A stretch of DNA of 64,000 nucleotides, taken from an uncultured Verrucomicrobiae bacterium. Its GTDB lineage: Bacteria > Verrucomicrobiota > Verrucomicrobiia > Chthoniobacterales > JAFAMB01. The stretch lies in NCBI GenBank assembly GCA_963837955.1, contig CAWIPH010000002.1:2016001-2080000 (forward strand). The letters are read 5' to 3'. The notes under the pieces are model-generated. The model did not search any database, was not told the DNA's origin, and was given only the letters and a program-made list of their open reading frames with translations. Position numbers and translations under genes: made by a program. Below are positions 27,565 to 37,329 of this stretch, one piece after another; position 1 is the first letter of the stretch; each line of letters begins with the position of its first letter.

Positions 27565-27830
27565 AATGGAGTGATGGAGTGATGGAGGAATGGAGTGATG
27601 GAGTGATGGAGTGATGGAGGAATGGAGTGATGGAGTGATAGGAGTGATGGAGTGATGGAGTGATGGAGTGATGGAGTGATGGAGTGATGGAGTGATGGAG
27701 TGATGGAGTGATGGAGTGATGGAGTGATGGAGTGATGGAGTGATGGAGTGATGGAGTGATGGAGTGATGGAGTGATGGAGTGATGGAGTGATGGAGTGAT
27801 GGAGTGATGGAGTGATGGAGTGATGGAGTG
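27565..27830 (+). repeat. Octamer tandem repeat (GATGGAGT)n, roughly 30 units
   Basis: Read directly; a few imperfect units at the 5' end. Confidence 0.97.
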
Positions 27831-27868
27831 GCGGGAAGTGACGGAGGTTTTACTCGGCGGATCGCCGC

Positions 27869-27959
27869 TAGCGCCGAAGGCGCGTTTCAGGAAAGCCTAG
27901 GGTGAAGCCCTAGGAATCGGGAAAATTAAAGCGATTCAGCGCTGAAAGCGCGCGACAAC
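27869..27959. repeat. REP-like arm (AGCGCCGAAGGCGCGTTTCAGGAAAGCCTAGGGTGAAGCCCTAGGAAT); inverted partner at 29474-29562, relatives near 13806-13850 and 38275-38349
   Basis: Reverse complement ATTCCTAGGGCTTCACCCTAGGCTTTCCTGAAACGCGCCTTCGGCGCT at 29515-29562. Confidence 0.9.
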
Positions 27960-28063
27960 ACCGGCAGTTTCCATCTCAACCGATTGTAAGCTTGGACCTG
28001 AAGGAGTCTTGCTGTCGGTCTTTTTTTCGGGAATCGCAACAATCGGTTCGAGCCGAGTTGAGC

Positions 28064-29472
28064 GAGGGTGTCTGAAAATTTGTGTGTGGGTCACAACCTG
28101 AGGTAAGAGATGGAAGTGACCAAGAAGAAGGAGCGAGAAGAGTCGGGCCAGGAAGGCAAGAAGGGGATTGATCCGGCGATCATTGAAGAGTTGATGAAAG
28201 GGTACCAGCGACCGGAAGATCTGACCGGTCCTGGAGGGATCATGGAGCAACTGACCAAGCGTTTGTACGAAACGGGTGCTTGGGACGGAGATGACGCACT
28301 ATCTGGGCTACGAGAAGGGCCAGGCGCCCAAGCTCGAAGAAGGCCAGGAACGGGAGAGCCATCGCAACGGGACGAGCAAGAAGACGATTGTTAGCGAGGA
28401 TGGCAAGTTAGAGATTGAAGTGCCCCGAGACCGAGCTGGGGAGTTCGAGCCGCAGTTTATCCGTAAGGGTCAGCGTCGGTTCGGAGGATTCGATTCCAAG
28501 ATCATCGCGATGTACGCCCAGGGCATGACGGTACGTGAGATCAAGGCGTTCCTGGAAGAGCAATACAAGGTGGAGGTCTCGGCTGAACTGATCAGCACGG
28601 TGACTGACTCGGTCATCGATGATGTGTTGGAGTGGCAGAACCGGCCACTGGAGCGGATGTATCCGGTCGTGTTTTTTGACGCTCTACGGGTCAAGATCCG
28701 CGACGAAGGAACGGTCAAAAACAAGGCAGTTTACCTGGCCTTGGGCATCCAACGCGACGGCACCAAAGATGTGCTGGGACTCTGGATCCAGCAAAGCGAG
28801 GGAGCCAAGTTTTGGCTTGCGGTGATGAACGAGCTCAAGCACCGCGGGGTGCAGGATATCCTGATCGCAGTCATTGACGGGCTGAAAGGTTTTCCGGAAG
28901 CAATTACAGCCGTTTTTCCTGAGACCCAGATTCAGACTTGCATCGTGCATCTGATCCGCAACTCGCTGTCCTTCTGCAACTGGAAACAGCGGCAGCCGGT
29001 AGCCCGGGAACTCAAGCGCATTTATAACGCCGAGACGGCCGAACTGGCGGCCAAACGGCTGGAGGAGTTTGGCAATAGCGAGTGGGGCAAAAAACTGCCG
29101 GCCATCCTCCAGAGCTGGCGAAGAGTCTGGGAGCAAGTCATCCCCTTCTTTGTTTATCCGGCCGAGATCCGCAAAATCATTTATACCACCAACGCCATTG
29201 AGAGTCTGCACATGCAACTCCGCAAGGTGCTCAAAAACCGAGGGCACTTTCCCAGCGACGAAGCAGCGACCAAATTGATTTACCTGGCCTTACGCAACAT
29301 CACCAAGAAATGGAAAAACCCGCCGATAACCTGGAAGCTGGCGGCGACCCAGTTTGCCATTCAATTCGGCGAGCGATTTTTCGCGGCTGACGCCGCCTAA
29401 AAAAGATGAGAAAAGTCGAGACTTAGAAAGCAAAGCCAAATCGACCCGCACACAAAAAAGCGGACACTACCA
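28064..29472 (+). mobile_element. IS256-family insertion sequence
   Basis: Imperfect terminal IRs GAGGGTGTCTGAAAATTTGTGTGTGGG / CCCGCACACAAAAAAGCGGACACTACC. 8-bp target duplication AGTTGAGC at 28056-28063 and 29473-29480. Confidence 0.92.
28110..29400 (+). pseudogene. IS256 (mutator-family) transposase with a +1 frameshift near 28270
   Basis: The N-terminus (28110) and the rest (motifs RNGTSKK, VPRDRAGEFEP, FFDAL, DGLKGF, QTCIVH, IYTTNAIES) are in different frames. Deleting one A in TACGAAACGG gives continuous RLYERVLGTEM. Confidence 0.88.
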
Positions 29473-29636
29473 AGTTGAGCCGCGCCTTCAGCGCTTCACG
29501 TCTTGGTTGTATGAATTCCTAGGGCTTCACCCTAGGCTTTCCTGAAACGCGCCTTCGGCGCTGAGGAGCGCCGATCGCCCAACGAATCCTAGTGGCATAT
29601 TCACGGTCGGCGACTCCGATCATTCCTACCCCCGGC

Positions 29637-29721
29637 ACTCCATTACTCCATTACTCCATTACTCCATTACTCCATTACTCCATTACTCCATTACTCCATT
29701 ACTCCATTACTCCATTACTCC
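29637..29721 (+). repeat. Octamer tandem repeat (ACTCCATT)n, about 10 units
   Basis: Read directly; near reverse complement of the 27565-27830 array. Confidence 0.95.
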
Positions 29722-29891
29722 GAGGATCCCGTGCTCCCTGTTCCCTCTCTGCTCTCGAATTTTTCGAAGAAATACTGCAAGCGGCGCTCTTCAAGGCGTC
29801 TACGTTTCGCGAACAGCGTGTCCGCAATACCGGATTGCGTTTGTCGCCAAATACCAGATCCTGTACAAGCGCTGGTTGAACGAGCGTCTTC

Positions 29892-30677
29892 GTGAAAACG
29901 AAACAAAGCGTCGGCAAGGAAGGGGGTGCGCATTTTCGCACTACCGAGTGGGATCTCGTTCTTCATTCTGGGGACATGAACTCGTCCGAGTACGACCGCT
30001 GCCTGTCGGAGCTCTGTTCTCGCTACTGGTATCCGCTTTACAATTTCGCGCGTTTTACCGGTCTTTCCAACGAGGACGCCGAGGATGTGACGCAAGGTTT
30101 TTTCCGGCATCTTCTGGAAAAAGGGGGGCTACAGACTGTTCATCCTGCCAAGGGCCGATTTCGGTCATTTCTCTTAGCTTCTTTCCGCAATCACCTCTCG
30201 ACGCTGCGGCAATACGCGTCCGCGGAGAAACGAGGCGGAGGACAGCCATTGATCGAGCTTGATGCCCATGAACCGGACGATCGCCACCATCTGGAGCCGG
30301 CTGACGACCTAACGGCTGAAACTTTTTTCGACGCGAACTGGGCTCAAATCCTGATTGAGCGCGTCACGCTTCATCTCGCCGAGGAGTACCGGCGAAGCCG
30401 CAAGTCGGAACAATTCGATGTTTTGCGCCGCTATCTCGAGCTCGGCTGCGAACCAAACGCCGAATCTTATGAAAGAGCTGGTCCGGCTCTGGGCCTGTCT
30501 GGCAACGGCGTTAAGACTCTGGTTTTTCGAATGCGGCAACGGTTTGCTGCGCTGATGCGGCAGGAGGTCGCGCAGACGTTGTTGGATCCGGGTGATATCG
30601 ACGCGGAAATGCATTCTCTTTATTCGGCGCTGCGAGCCACCGAGGGTCGATTGAGAAATGAACTCCGAACCCGATGA
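29892..30677 (+). CDS. ECF-type sigma-70 factor, kinase-associated type
   Basis: FRTTEWDLV, LC.RYWYPLY, DAEDVTQGFF, KGRFRSFL and C-terminal HTH (ALGLSGNGVKTLVFRMRQR); overlaps the kinase start. Confidence 0.88.
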   Translation: MKTKQSVGKEGGAHFRTTEWDLVLHSGDMNSSEYDRCLSELCSRYWYPLYNFARFTGLSNEDAEDVTQGFFRHLLEKGGLQTVHPAKGRFRSFLLASFRNHLSTLRQYASAEKRGGGQPLIELDAHEPDDRHHLEPADDLTAETFFDANWAQILIERVTLHLAEEYRRSRKSEQFDVLRRYLELGCEPNAESYERAGPALGLSGNGVKTLVFRMRQRFAALMRQEVAQTLLDPGDIDAEMHSLYSALRATEGRLRNELRTR

Positions 30678-33426
30678 AGAGGCTAAAGCGACTGATGACC
30701 AGACGGTCGCGCGCGGGCAGCGGGACCAAAAAGATCAACCGACGCAGCCAAATCGGTCTCCTCCAATCGACCCGGATTCTGCGTCGACGCCGCACCCCGG
30801 GCTCGGGGCAGCTCAAGAAGCCGGCCATTTCGTGCTGGTTGCTGATCCGCAGACCATCGTTTCAGCGGTAAGTCAGAGCCAGTACCAGCATTTTGCCATC
30901 GAAGTCGGCCCTGATGGCGAGCCTGTGGAGTTGGGCAGAGGTGCGATGGGCGTGACCTATCGCGCCATTGACACAACGCTCCAGCGCCCGGTCGCGCTGA
31001 AAGTGATTTCCTCCCGTTTGATCGACAATGAAGTATTGAAAAGCCGGTTTATCCGCGAGGCGCGCGCGGCCGCTTCGTTACGGCACCCCAACGTAGCTTC
31101 CGTCTTTTACTTGGGCTCGACGGAGTCTTCCTATTTCTACGCGATGGAGCTGGTGACAGGCGAAACGCTCGAACAGTTCATTGGAAAAAACGGCCCGCTT
31201 GATCCGATTTTAGCAATCGATATCACGGCGCAGGTCACCTCAGCGTTGGTGGCAGCAGATCAAGCCGGTCTCGTCCACCGCGATATCAAGCCGGCCAACC
31301 TGATCCTGACGAGAGACGAAAAACAGCGCGTGCTGGTGAAAGTGGTTGATTTCGGGTTAGCGAAGGTAGCGGCGGAACAGGGTACTGACTCCGGTATCTC
31401 TGATCCCGGCGCATTTTTGGGAACGCCTCGTTACGCCAGCCCCGAACAGTTCAGCGGTGGCAAGATAGACATCCGTTCCGACCTTTATGCGGTCGGGATC
31501 ACCCTGTGGCAGATGTTGACCAAAGCGACGCCATTCAACGGGACCCCAACTCAAGTGGCTGCGCAGCACCTCCAGTCTGCCTTGCCGATCGGCGAACTGC
31601 GTCATATACCCTATCCGATTGTTAGTTTGCTAACTCATCTGCTGGAGAAAAATCCCGATGACCGGCCGCATACACCGGAAGAACTGTTAGCACTGCTGAA
31701 TTCGACCCGGCGCGCTATCGGCGGACAGGTAGGAGCCACAGAAGCGATGCCACCACGGCTTCTGCCGAGACGACGAAGAATTGGTAAGGGAGCGTTTCTC
31801 GCAGCTGCTGTCGTAGCCTTGATTGGTAGCGCAGCATTACTCGTCCGGTTCTTTCCTTCGCATCCGGTGCACGATCTAAAGTCAGTAGCGGTGTTACCGT
31901 TTGATAACGTAGGCGACGATAACCAGAATGCCTATCTCAGCGACGGTTTGACGGCCGAAGTAATCTTTCAACTGTCCAGGATTGCCGATTTGCGGGTGAT
32001 CTCTCGGGACTCGGTTCTGCGCTATAAAACGACACCCTCATCTTCACGACAATCCATGCGGAAAATCGCTGATGAATTGGAGGTCGCGACTCTGCTGGAA
32101 AGCAACATCCAGCGTTCAGCGGATCGGTTGAAAGTCCGCTCGGTCTTGTACGACGCCGACTCTGGGAAACAGCTCTGGAGCCAGTCATATGATCGCGAAA
32201 TGAACGATCTCTTTGCGATTCAAAGCGATGTCGCAGAGAACATCGCCGCCGCGCTTCACGTGAGACTTTCGCCGGACGAACAAGAGAATATACAGCGTAG
32301 CCCGACCAAAAATATGAATGCCTACGATCTCTATCTCCGAGGCAAAGAGTACTACGAGTTGCGACAGAATGACGACAACGAAGCCGCAGTGGGCTTGTTT
32401 AAACAAGCAATTGAGCAGGATCCAAAGTTCGCCCTGGCGTACGCGGGCCTGGCTAACTGCTATCTTGAGCGAAATGTGCGGTTTGACAAAGAAGCATTGT
32501 GGCTCGATTCGGCCGTAGACGTTTGTCGGAAGGCCATTGCAATCGACCAAAAACAAGCCCGGGTCTATACTGTTCTTGCTCGGGCCATGATGTTTAAGAG
32601 CCGCCCGATGGAAGCTCGGGAAGCTATCGCCAAAGCGCTCGAACTAGCTCCCAATGATAAAGAAGCAAATTTCTGGGCCGCCGTCCAATTACCCTATTCG
32701 AGTCTGGATAAATACGCACTTTTTCTGAAATGCCGCTCTCTCGACCCCAACGATCCGGTAATTCCATATAATCTTGGAGACGTGTGCCTATTCTGGGATG
32801 CCGACCAGTTGCGAGGTAAGTGGCTACAGCGAGCGATCCATCTCGAGAGCAACGAGGAAATTAGGGGCTTGATGGAGGCCGAGCAGCTCGTTTACCAGAA
32901 AAATTATCAAGCGGCATTAGACAAACTGCAGCCACTACCGCTGACCTTCGTTGGGTACGGACCGTACGTCGAAGATCTCAAGTATGGCTGTTGGGAGCAT
33001 CTTGGCCAATGGGCTGATGTACTGCAATTAATGCGCTCGATCAAAGATATTGAGAATGAGAAAGAACGCGGGCCGTTACTCCATCTTATCCTCGCGCTCA
33101 ACGCAACGCAGCAGGAGAGTGAGGCTCAAGAGAGAGCTAAACGATTGTTGGTGTTGGCGAATGAAGACTTCGCGGCCAACCCAGAAGATCGATATGCAGG
33201 ATATTTTCTAGCGTTCTGTTACCGGTTCCTCGGAGAAAAAGAGCGAGCTTACAGCTATTTGCGACCGGTATTTCCCGAAATATTCGGTCGGCTGCCGCTT
33301 GGGCGTAACGACTATTCGTTGAGGATATTCTCGAAGGACTCGGAAATGCAGGAGCTCATGGCCGACTTCGAAAAGGCAAGTCAGGCGAAGCGACTAGAGA
33401 TTCCTCGAATGGATAATAATCTGTAG
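30658..33426 (+). CDS. Hanks-type Ser/Thr protein kinase with TM helix, TolB-N-like and TPR domains
   Basis: LGRGAMGVTY, VALK, HRDIKPAN, DFG, YASPEQ; TM helix; SVAVLPFDN...YLSDGLT; AYDLYLRG TPR region. Confidence 0.94.
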   Translation: MNSEPDEEAKATDDQTVARGQRDQKDQPTQPNRSPPIDPDSASTPHPGLGAAQEAGHFVLVADPQTIVSAVSQSQYQHFAIEVGPDGEPVELGRGAMGVTYRAIDTTLQRPVALKVISSRLIDNEVLKSRFIREARAAASLRHPNVASVFYLGSTESSYFYAMELVTGETLEQFIGKNGPLDPILAIDITAQVTSALVAADQAGLVHRDIKPANLILTRDEKQRVLVKVVDFGLAKVAAEQGTDSGISDPGAFLGTPRYASPEQFSGGKIDIRSDLYAVGITLWQMLTKATPFNGTPTQVAAQHLQSALPIGELRHIPYPIVSLLTHLLEKNPDDRPHTPEELLALLNSTRRAIGGQVGATEAMPPRLLPRRRRIGKGAFLAAAVVALIGSAALLVRFFPSHPVHDLKSVAVLPFDNVGDDNQNAYLSDGLTAEVIFQLSRIADLRVISRDSVLRYKTTPSSSRQSMRKIADELEVATLLESNIQRSADRLKVRSVLYDADSGKQLWSQSYDREMNDLFAIQSDVAENIAAALHVRLSPDEQENIQRSPTKNMNAYDLYLRGKEYYELRQNDDNEAAVGLFKQAIEQDPKFALAYAGLANCYLERNVRFDKEALWLDSAVDVCRKAIAIDQKQARVYTVLARAMMFKSRPMEAREAIAKALELAPNDKEANFWAAVQLPYSSLDKYALFLKCRSLDPNDPVIPYNLGDVCLFWDADQLRGKWLQRAIHLESNEEIRGLMEAEQLVYQKNYQAALDKLQPLPLTFVGYGPYVEDLKYGCWEHLGQWADVLQLMRSIKDIENEKERGPLLHLILALNATQQESEAQERAKRLLVLANEDFAANPEDRYAGYFLAFCYRFLGEKERAYSYLRPVFPEIFGRLPLGRNDYSLRIFSKDSEMQELMADFEKASQAKRLEIPRMDNNL

Positions 33427-33464
33427 AACTGAAACCTGAAAAAACCAATTAAGACCCGTTTGGC

Positions 33465-34226
33465 ATGTATTTGTTCCTTGGCGAAGCGGACGACGCGTTG
33501 GGTCGAGATGTCCGGCAAACTTTAGAGGAGCGCGGAGCACAGGTTCGCGTGCTACCGGATCCGTTTTCCCAACGTTTCTCCTGGCATCTGGATTCGATCC
33601 AGACCAGTTCCGTAGTAACCTTTGAAGATGGTACCGACCTCATCGACAGCGATATATCGGGGCTTCTGCTCCGTCGAAGCAAAACTCCGCAGACGAACTG
33701 CGCGAGTGCCGATGATGACAGCTATATAGAAAGCGAAATCGAAGCAGCTATCTTGGGCTGGATTTGGAGTCTACCGTGTCCAGTAATCAATCGGCTTCCC
33801 GCCTGGCTTTGGTATTGCCCAAACCTTCCCCTTCAATTCTGGGGCCGACTGCTTCAGGCGAATGGCTTGCAGGGAATCGATTGGGGCAAACCAGAAAGGA
33901 ATACTGAAGCAACCAACGCAAAAGGGAGCGAGGCGTTCGGCACCGGAGATCTATTAATTGCTTACGGTTGGGCATGCGTCGTTGGCCATAGGGTGATTTG
34001 GGACCGCGCTCGGCCAAACTTCGATCGATGTGAAACCGCACTGATCGAACTCACACGCTGCGCTGGATTGTCTTTCCTGGAGATTGCCGTCGCGAGAACA
34101 AGCGATGGATTCGGAGTAAATGAGGTGAATCCTTTTCCAGACCTAACCCGATTTTGCCCATCGAGTCGCTGTGCGGTCACGGAAACGTTAGCAACTCTTT
34201 TCACCGGCTCAAACCACCCACAATGA
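33465..34226 (+). CDS. Degenerate/short ATP-grasp-like protein
   Basis: Resembles the neighbouring gene (SLPCPVINR; GLSFLEI...EVNPFP) but appears to lack the central ATP-binding lid region. Confidence 0.65.
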   Translation: MYLFLGEADDALGRDVRQTLEERGAQVRVLPDPFSQRFSWHLDSIQTSSVVTFEDGTDLIDSDISGLLLRRSKTPQTNCASADDDSYIESEIEAAILGWIWSLPCPVINRLPAWLWYCPNLPLQFWGRLLQANGLQGIDWGKPERNTEATNAKGSEAFGTGDLLIAYGWACVVGHRVIWDRARPNFDRCETALIELTRCAGLSFLEIAVARTSDGFGVNEVNPFPDLTRFCPSSRCAVTETLATLFTGSNHPQ

Positions 34227-35122
34227 TACTGGTCTGCGGTAGTCCCTTCGATCCTGATATTCGGTTTCTGCGGGCCCGTTGGGACTTAAGCCGTGTCGAC
34301 TATCGTCTGCTGAATCTATGGTGCCGTGACGGAAAGCCAGTCGTGCAAGCGGGCTACGAAAAGGGGTTGATGCAAGGCTTCATCGGCTGTGAAAATTGGC
34401 GATTGGAAGTAAGCGAGCTGACAGGGGTGTTCCTAAACAACAATAGTTGCCGGCTCGAAAATAGTTCAAACGGCACTTTTGGGGAATGTGACTCGGAAAT
34501 AGGTGCGCTTCTGAACAACCTGCCTTGTAAGGTAGCTAACCGCCCAGCCGCCGCAATGTCCGACCGAAGTAAACCTTTCCAAGCTCTGCAGATTCGCGAG
34601 TGCGGTTTCCAGATTCCTGAAACTTTAGTTACAAACGATCCAGCGGCAGCCAAACGATTCTATGAGGAACACGAGGGAAACGTCATTTTTAAGTCGATCA
34701 GCGGAACGAAGTCGATTGTACGAAAACTCAGCCCTCAATATCTTGAGCGTTTACCTCTCTTGCGGAACGGACCCACGCAATTTCAAACTCTCATTGTAGG
34801 GAATGACATTCGAGTCCATGTCGTGGGAGACCAATGTTTTGCCACTCGGATCGGATGTGCCAGTGTCGATTATCGATATGCGTGGCAGGAAGGAATTCCG
34901 CTCAAGATGGAACCAGCGGTGCTAAGCCCGGAAGTCATATCGCGGTGTCTCCTGCTCTGTCAGAAACACGGGCTGACGCTCGCCGGGATTGATCTAAAGG
35001 AGAGTTCGCTGGGAGAATATTACTGTTTCGAAGTGAATGCGGCGCCGATGTTTTCATTTTACGAGAGAACGACTCGTCAGCCGATTAGTGCGGCGCTCGG
35101 TGAATTTCTAGGCCAGCCATAA
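34223..35122 (+). CDS. RimK-like ATP-grasp ligase
   Basis: SKPFQ, IPETLVTNDP, VIFKSISG, DIRVHVVG, VDYR, GIDL, YCFEVN; ATGA overlap with the upstream gene. Confidence 0.88.
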   Translation: MILVCGSPFDPDIRFLRARWDLSRVDYRLLNLWCRDGKPVVQAGYEKGLMQGFIGCENWRLEVSELTGVFLNNNSCRLENSSNGTFGECDSEIGALLNNLPCKVANRPAAAMSDRSKPFQALQIRECGFQIPETLVTNDPAAAKRFYEEHEGNVIFKSISGTKSIVRKLSPQYLERLPLLRNGPTQFQTLIVGNDIRVHVVGDQCFATRIGCASVDYRYAWQEGIPLKMEPAVLSPEVISRCLLLCQKHGLTLAGIDLKESSLGEYYCFEVNAAPMFSFYERTTRQPISAALGEFLGQP

Positions 35123-35216
35123 CTCCTAGGAAAAGCGTAGGACCGTCCGTTAGGATTTAGCGTGATCTTTAGAAGGAAATTTGTCAGAAGTGACTGTTTC
35201 TCAATCGAGCGCCGTT

Positions 35217-35573
35217 ATGGACGAGCAAGCGCGTGGCAGTAAACCGAAACGATCTAGGGAGGCGTATATACTCGGGAAGGATCGGCCTTTTTCTTACAAT
35301 CCGGAAAAACGGGTGGCTCGTTACACAATCAGGCAGTTAGCCAGCTTATTCGATATTCTTGAATTCGAGATTGATGATTCAGACACGGGCAAGTGTTTTG
35401 GCCGGTTTTCCATCAGCATAAATCCAGGTGACCAGATACCCAGCGGAGACCTGGAAGACTTTACTGTCCAAGGCCTACTGAACGCGATTGAACAATTAAA
35501 GGTCGTCGTTTCGGACGACAAGTCCAGCAAGTCGTTTTTTGTTGAGGCAAGGATTAAAAAGGTGGGGAATTAG
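35217..35573 (+). CDS. Hypothetical protein with a weak internal duplication
   Basis: ORF downstream of the ATP-grasp pair; YTIRQLASLFDILEFEIDD resembles FTVQGLLNAIEQLKVVVSDD. Start uncertain (35181 or 35217). Confidence 0.6.
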   Translation: MDEQARGSKPKRSREAYILGKDRPFSYNPEKRVARYTIRQLASLFDILEFEIDDSDTGKCFGRFSISINPGDQIPSGDLEDFTVQGLLNAIEQLKVVVSDDKSSKSFFVEARIKKVGN

Positions 35574-35740
35574 TCCGGGAGTAGCGTCGTTTAGTAGAAG
35601 ATAGGTGGAGTCGGCGACCCCGCTTCCTAAAGGAAACCTGAGTTTCCTGCATTTTTCTGAAACCAGGCCCTCTTCATTCCTTTGTAAGCTGACGGAAGAT
35701 CATTGATTTGGCTGTTGGGACCGATGATCCGCCACCAGCT

Positions 35741-36187
35741 ATGAGTGCCTCCAGTTCAGCCATCGCTTCTCCTCTTTCGTTCCCCGTACCGGCGACAGCC
35801 GCCGTTCAGCCGTATGAAGCGACGAAGCAAATCGCAAACGCGAAACACTGTCGAGTTCAGGCGGTGATCTGCGCGCTCTTGGCCACCTGTTGCACCGTGA
35901 CTGGATTCTCCGCCTTCCAAGCACCCTTCAAGCTCCTGGTACAGGACGATCTGACGAACGCGATGAAGTCCCGCACCGAAATTGCTGCGCTGCCTGCCGG
36001 TCCAGGAACGCAAACGACGGCAGGCTTCCGTGCTTCTCTTCCCCGACCAAATGCCGGCTGCAATAAAGTATTAGCCAGTAATTCCGCTAATGGTTCTCCG
36101 CATAAGCGGAGGCCGCGCGATCTTCCTTTTCAACAGAAAGAGTCGCGGGGGTATATCGCGTCGGGACAATTGTCTCAACGCAAATAG
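35741..36187 (+). CDS. Hypothetical protein (uncertain)
   Basis: ATG follows copy 1 of a duplicated leader; one hydrophobic segment. Confidence 0.35.
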   Translation: MSASSSAIASPLSFPVPATAAVQPYEATKQIANAKHCRVQAVICALLATCCTVTGFSAFQAPFKLLVQDDLTNAMKSRTEIAALPAGPGTQTTAGFRASLPRPNAGCNKVLASNSANGSPHKRRPRDLPFQQKESRGYIASGQLSQRK

Positions 36188-36308
36188 TGCAGAATTCTCC
36201 TTGTTGCGCAATTTCCCGGAAACCCGGCCCCCGCCTTTCCTTTGTAAGCTGACGGAGGCCATTGATCCGGTTGTTCGGACCGAGGCCGGCCACCAACCAA
36301 TCAATGCC

Positions 36309-36482
36309 ATGAATATCTTATCCGCCTTTTGGCTACCTAAGCCGGCTACAGACGTCGGAGAGAAGCCGAAAACGAAACCGGTCCAAACCGAGGTTGAAAC
36401 CCGGCTTTGGAAAATCTGCCCACGCAAAAAAATGTGGCTCCAGGCGCTCATCGATGCGCTTTCGCGGGGTCAAATGCCGTGA
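36309..36482 (+). CDS. Small hypothetical protein, 57 aa (uncertain)
   Basis: ATG follows copy 2 of the duplicated leader. Confidence 0.35.
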   Translation: MNILSAFWLPKPATDVGEKPKTKPVQTEVETRLWKICPRKKMWLQALIDALSRGQMP

Positions 36483-36537
36483 CTTAGTAAACGCCGGGAA
36501 CGCCGGGAACGCCGGGAACGCCAAACGCCGACAACCC

Positions 36538-37329
36538 CTATCTCGCCGGTTTTTCTGCGACCTGATCACTCCAGGGTTTGGCTAGTTGGTGTAGCAAAGA
36601 TTTAGCCTGTAACGGAGCAAGGTCCGGATACACCGACAGAATCCTAGCTAAGAGTGCTGCCCCGTGAGGCGCAGCAAAGCTGCTTCCGCAGAGGCGCCGT
36701 CGTCTCTTTCCTTTCCAGGCTGCTTCAAAGTCCGTACCCCGTGCGATGAACTCGACCAAGTGTCCCGGCTTGTAGTAGAGATCCTCTCGGTTCTCTACCT
36801 TGCCGTAATTGACGGTAATAACAGACGGGAAGTAGCCGGGCCACTCCGGCTTGGTAAAGTCTTCGTTGTTACACGCGGCGACAACATGAATACCCTTCAG
36901 GTAGGCGCGGTCGACCCAGGATTTGTACTGATGGATATGGTCAGCAACTCCACAACCGAAGCTGCAATTCAGGATCTGGTAGCCCCGCTCGATTGCCAGG
37001 TTCACGCCCTCGCAAATGATTTGGGTACGCGAGACGTTGCTGGCGTTCAAAACCCGAAAACTTCCCAACTCGATTTCCGGAGCTAAACTGTAGATAATTC
37101 CGGCGATTGCTGTGCCGTGGCCAAAGAGATCCGTTCCGTCGCCTGGACGCACATGAAGTTGGAGATCATCGCCAATGACGTGAACATCCTCGACGATCTT
37201 TAATCCGGTCAGATCGGGATGGTCCGCTTCAACGCCGGAATCAATGACCGCAACGCGAACGCCGGTGCCCTTACCGATGATCATCGCATCGCGCGCCTGT
37301 TCCACGGAGATCCAAGACTGTGTTCTCAT
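36538..37329 (-). CDS. S8 (subtilisin-like) serine peptidase, catalytic domain only
   Basis: VAVIDSGV (Asp), GHGTAIAGII (His), GSSFAAPH (Ser); no signal peptide or propeptide evident. Confidence 0.9.
   Translation of the reverse strand: MRTQSWISVEQARDAMIIGKGTGVRVAVIDSGVEADHPDLTGLKIVEDVHVIGDDLQLHVRPGDGTDLFGHGTAIAGIIYSLAPEIELGSFRVLNASNVSRTQIICEGVNLAIERGYQILNCSFGCGVADHIHQYKSWVDRAYLKGIHVVAACNNEDFTKPEWPGYFPSVITVNYGKVENREDLYYKPGHLVEFIARGTDFEAAWKGKRRRRLCGSSFAAPHGAALLARILSVYPDLAPLQAKSLLHQLAKPWSDQVAEKPAR

Noticed and set aside
27565..27830. Possible CRISPR array
   Set aside because: Contiguous 8-bp tandem repeat without unique spacers; no cas genes in the window.
29592..29879. ORF with PLLHYSIT repeats
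   Set aside because: Translation of the (ACTCCATT)n array; no independent coding evidence.
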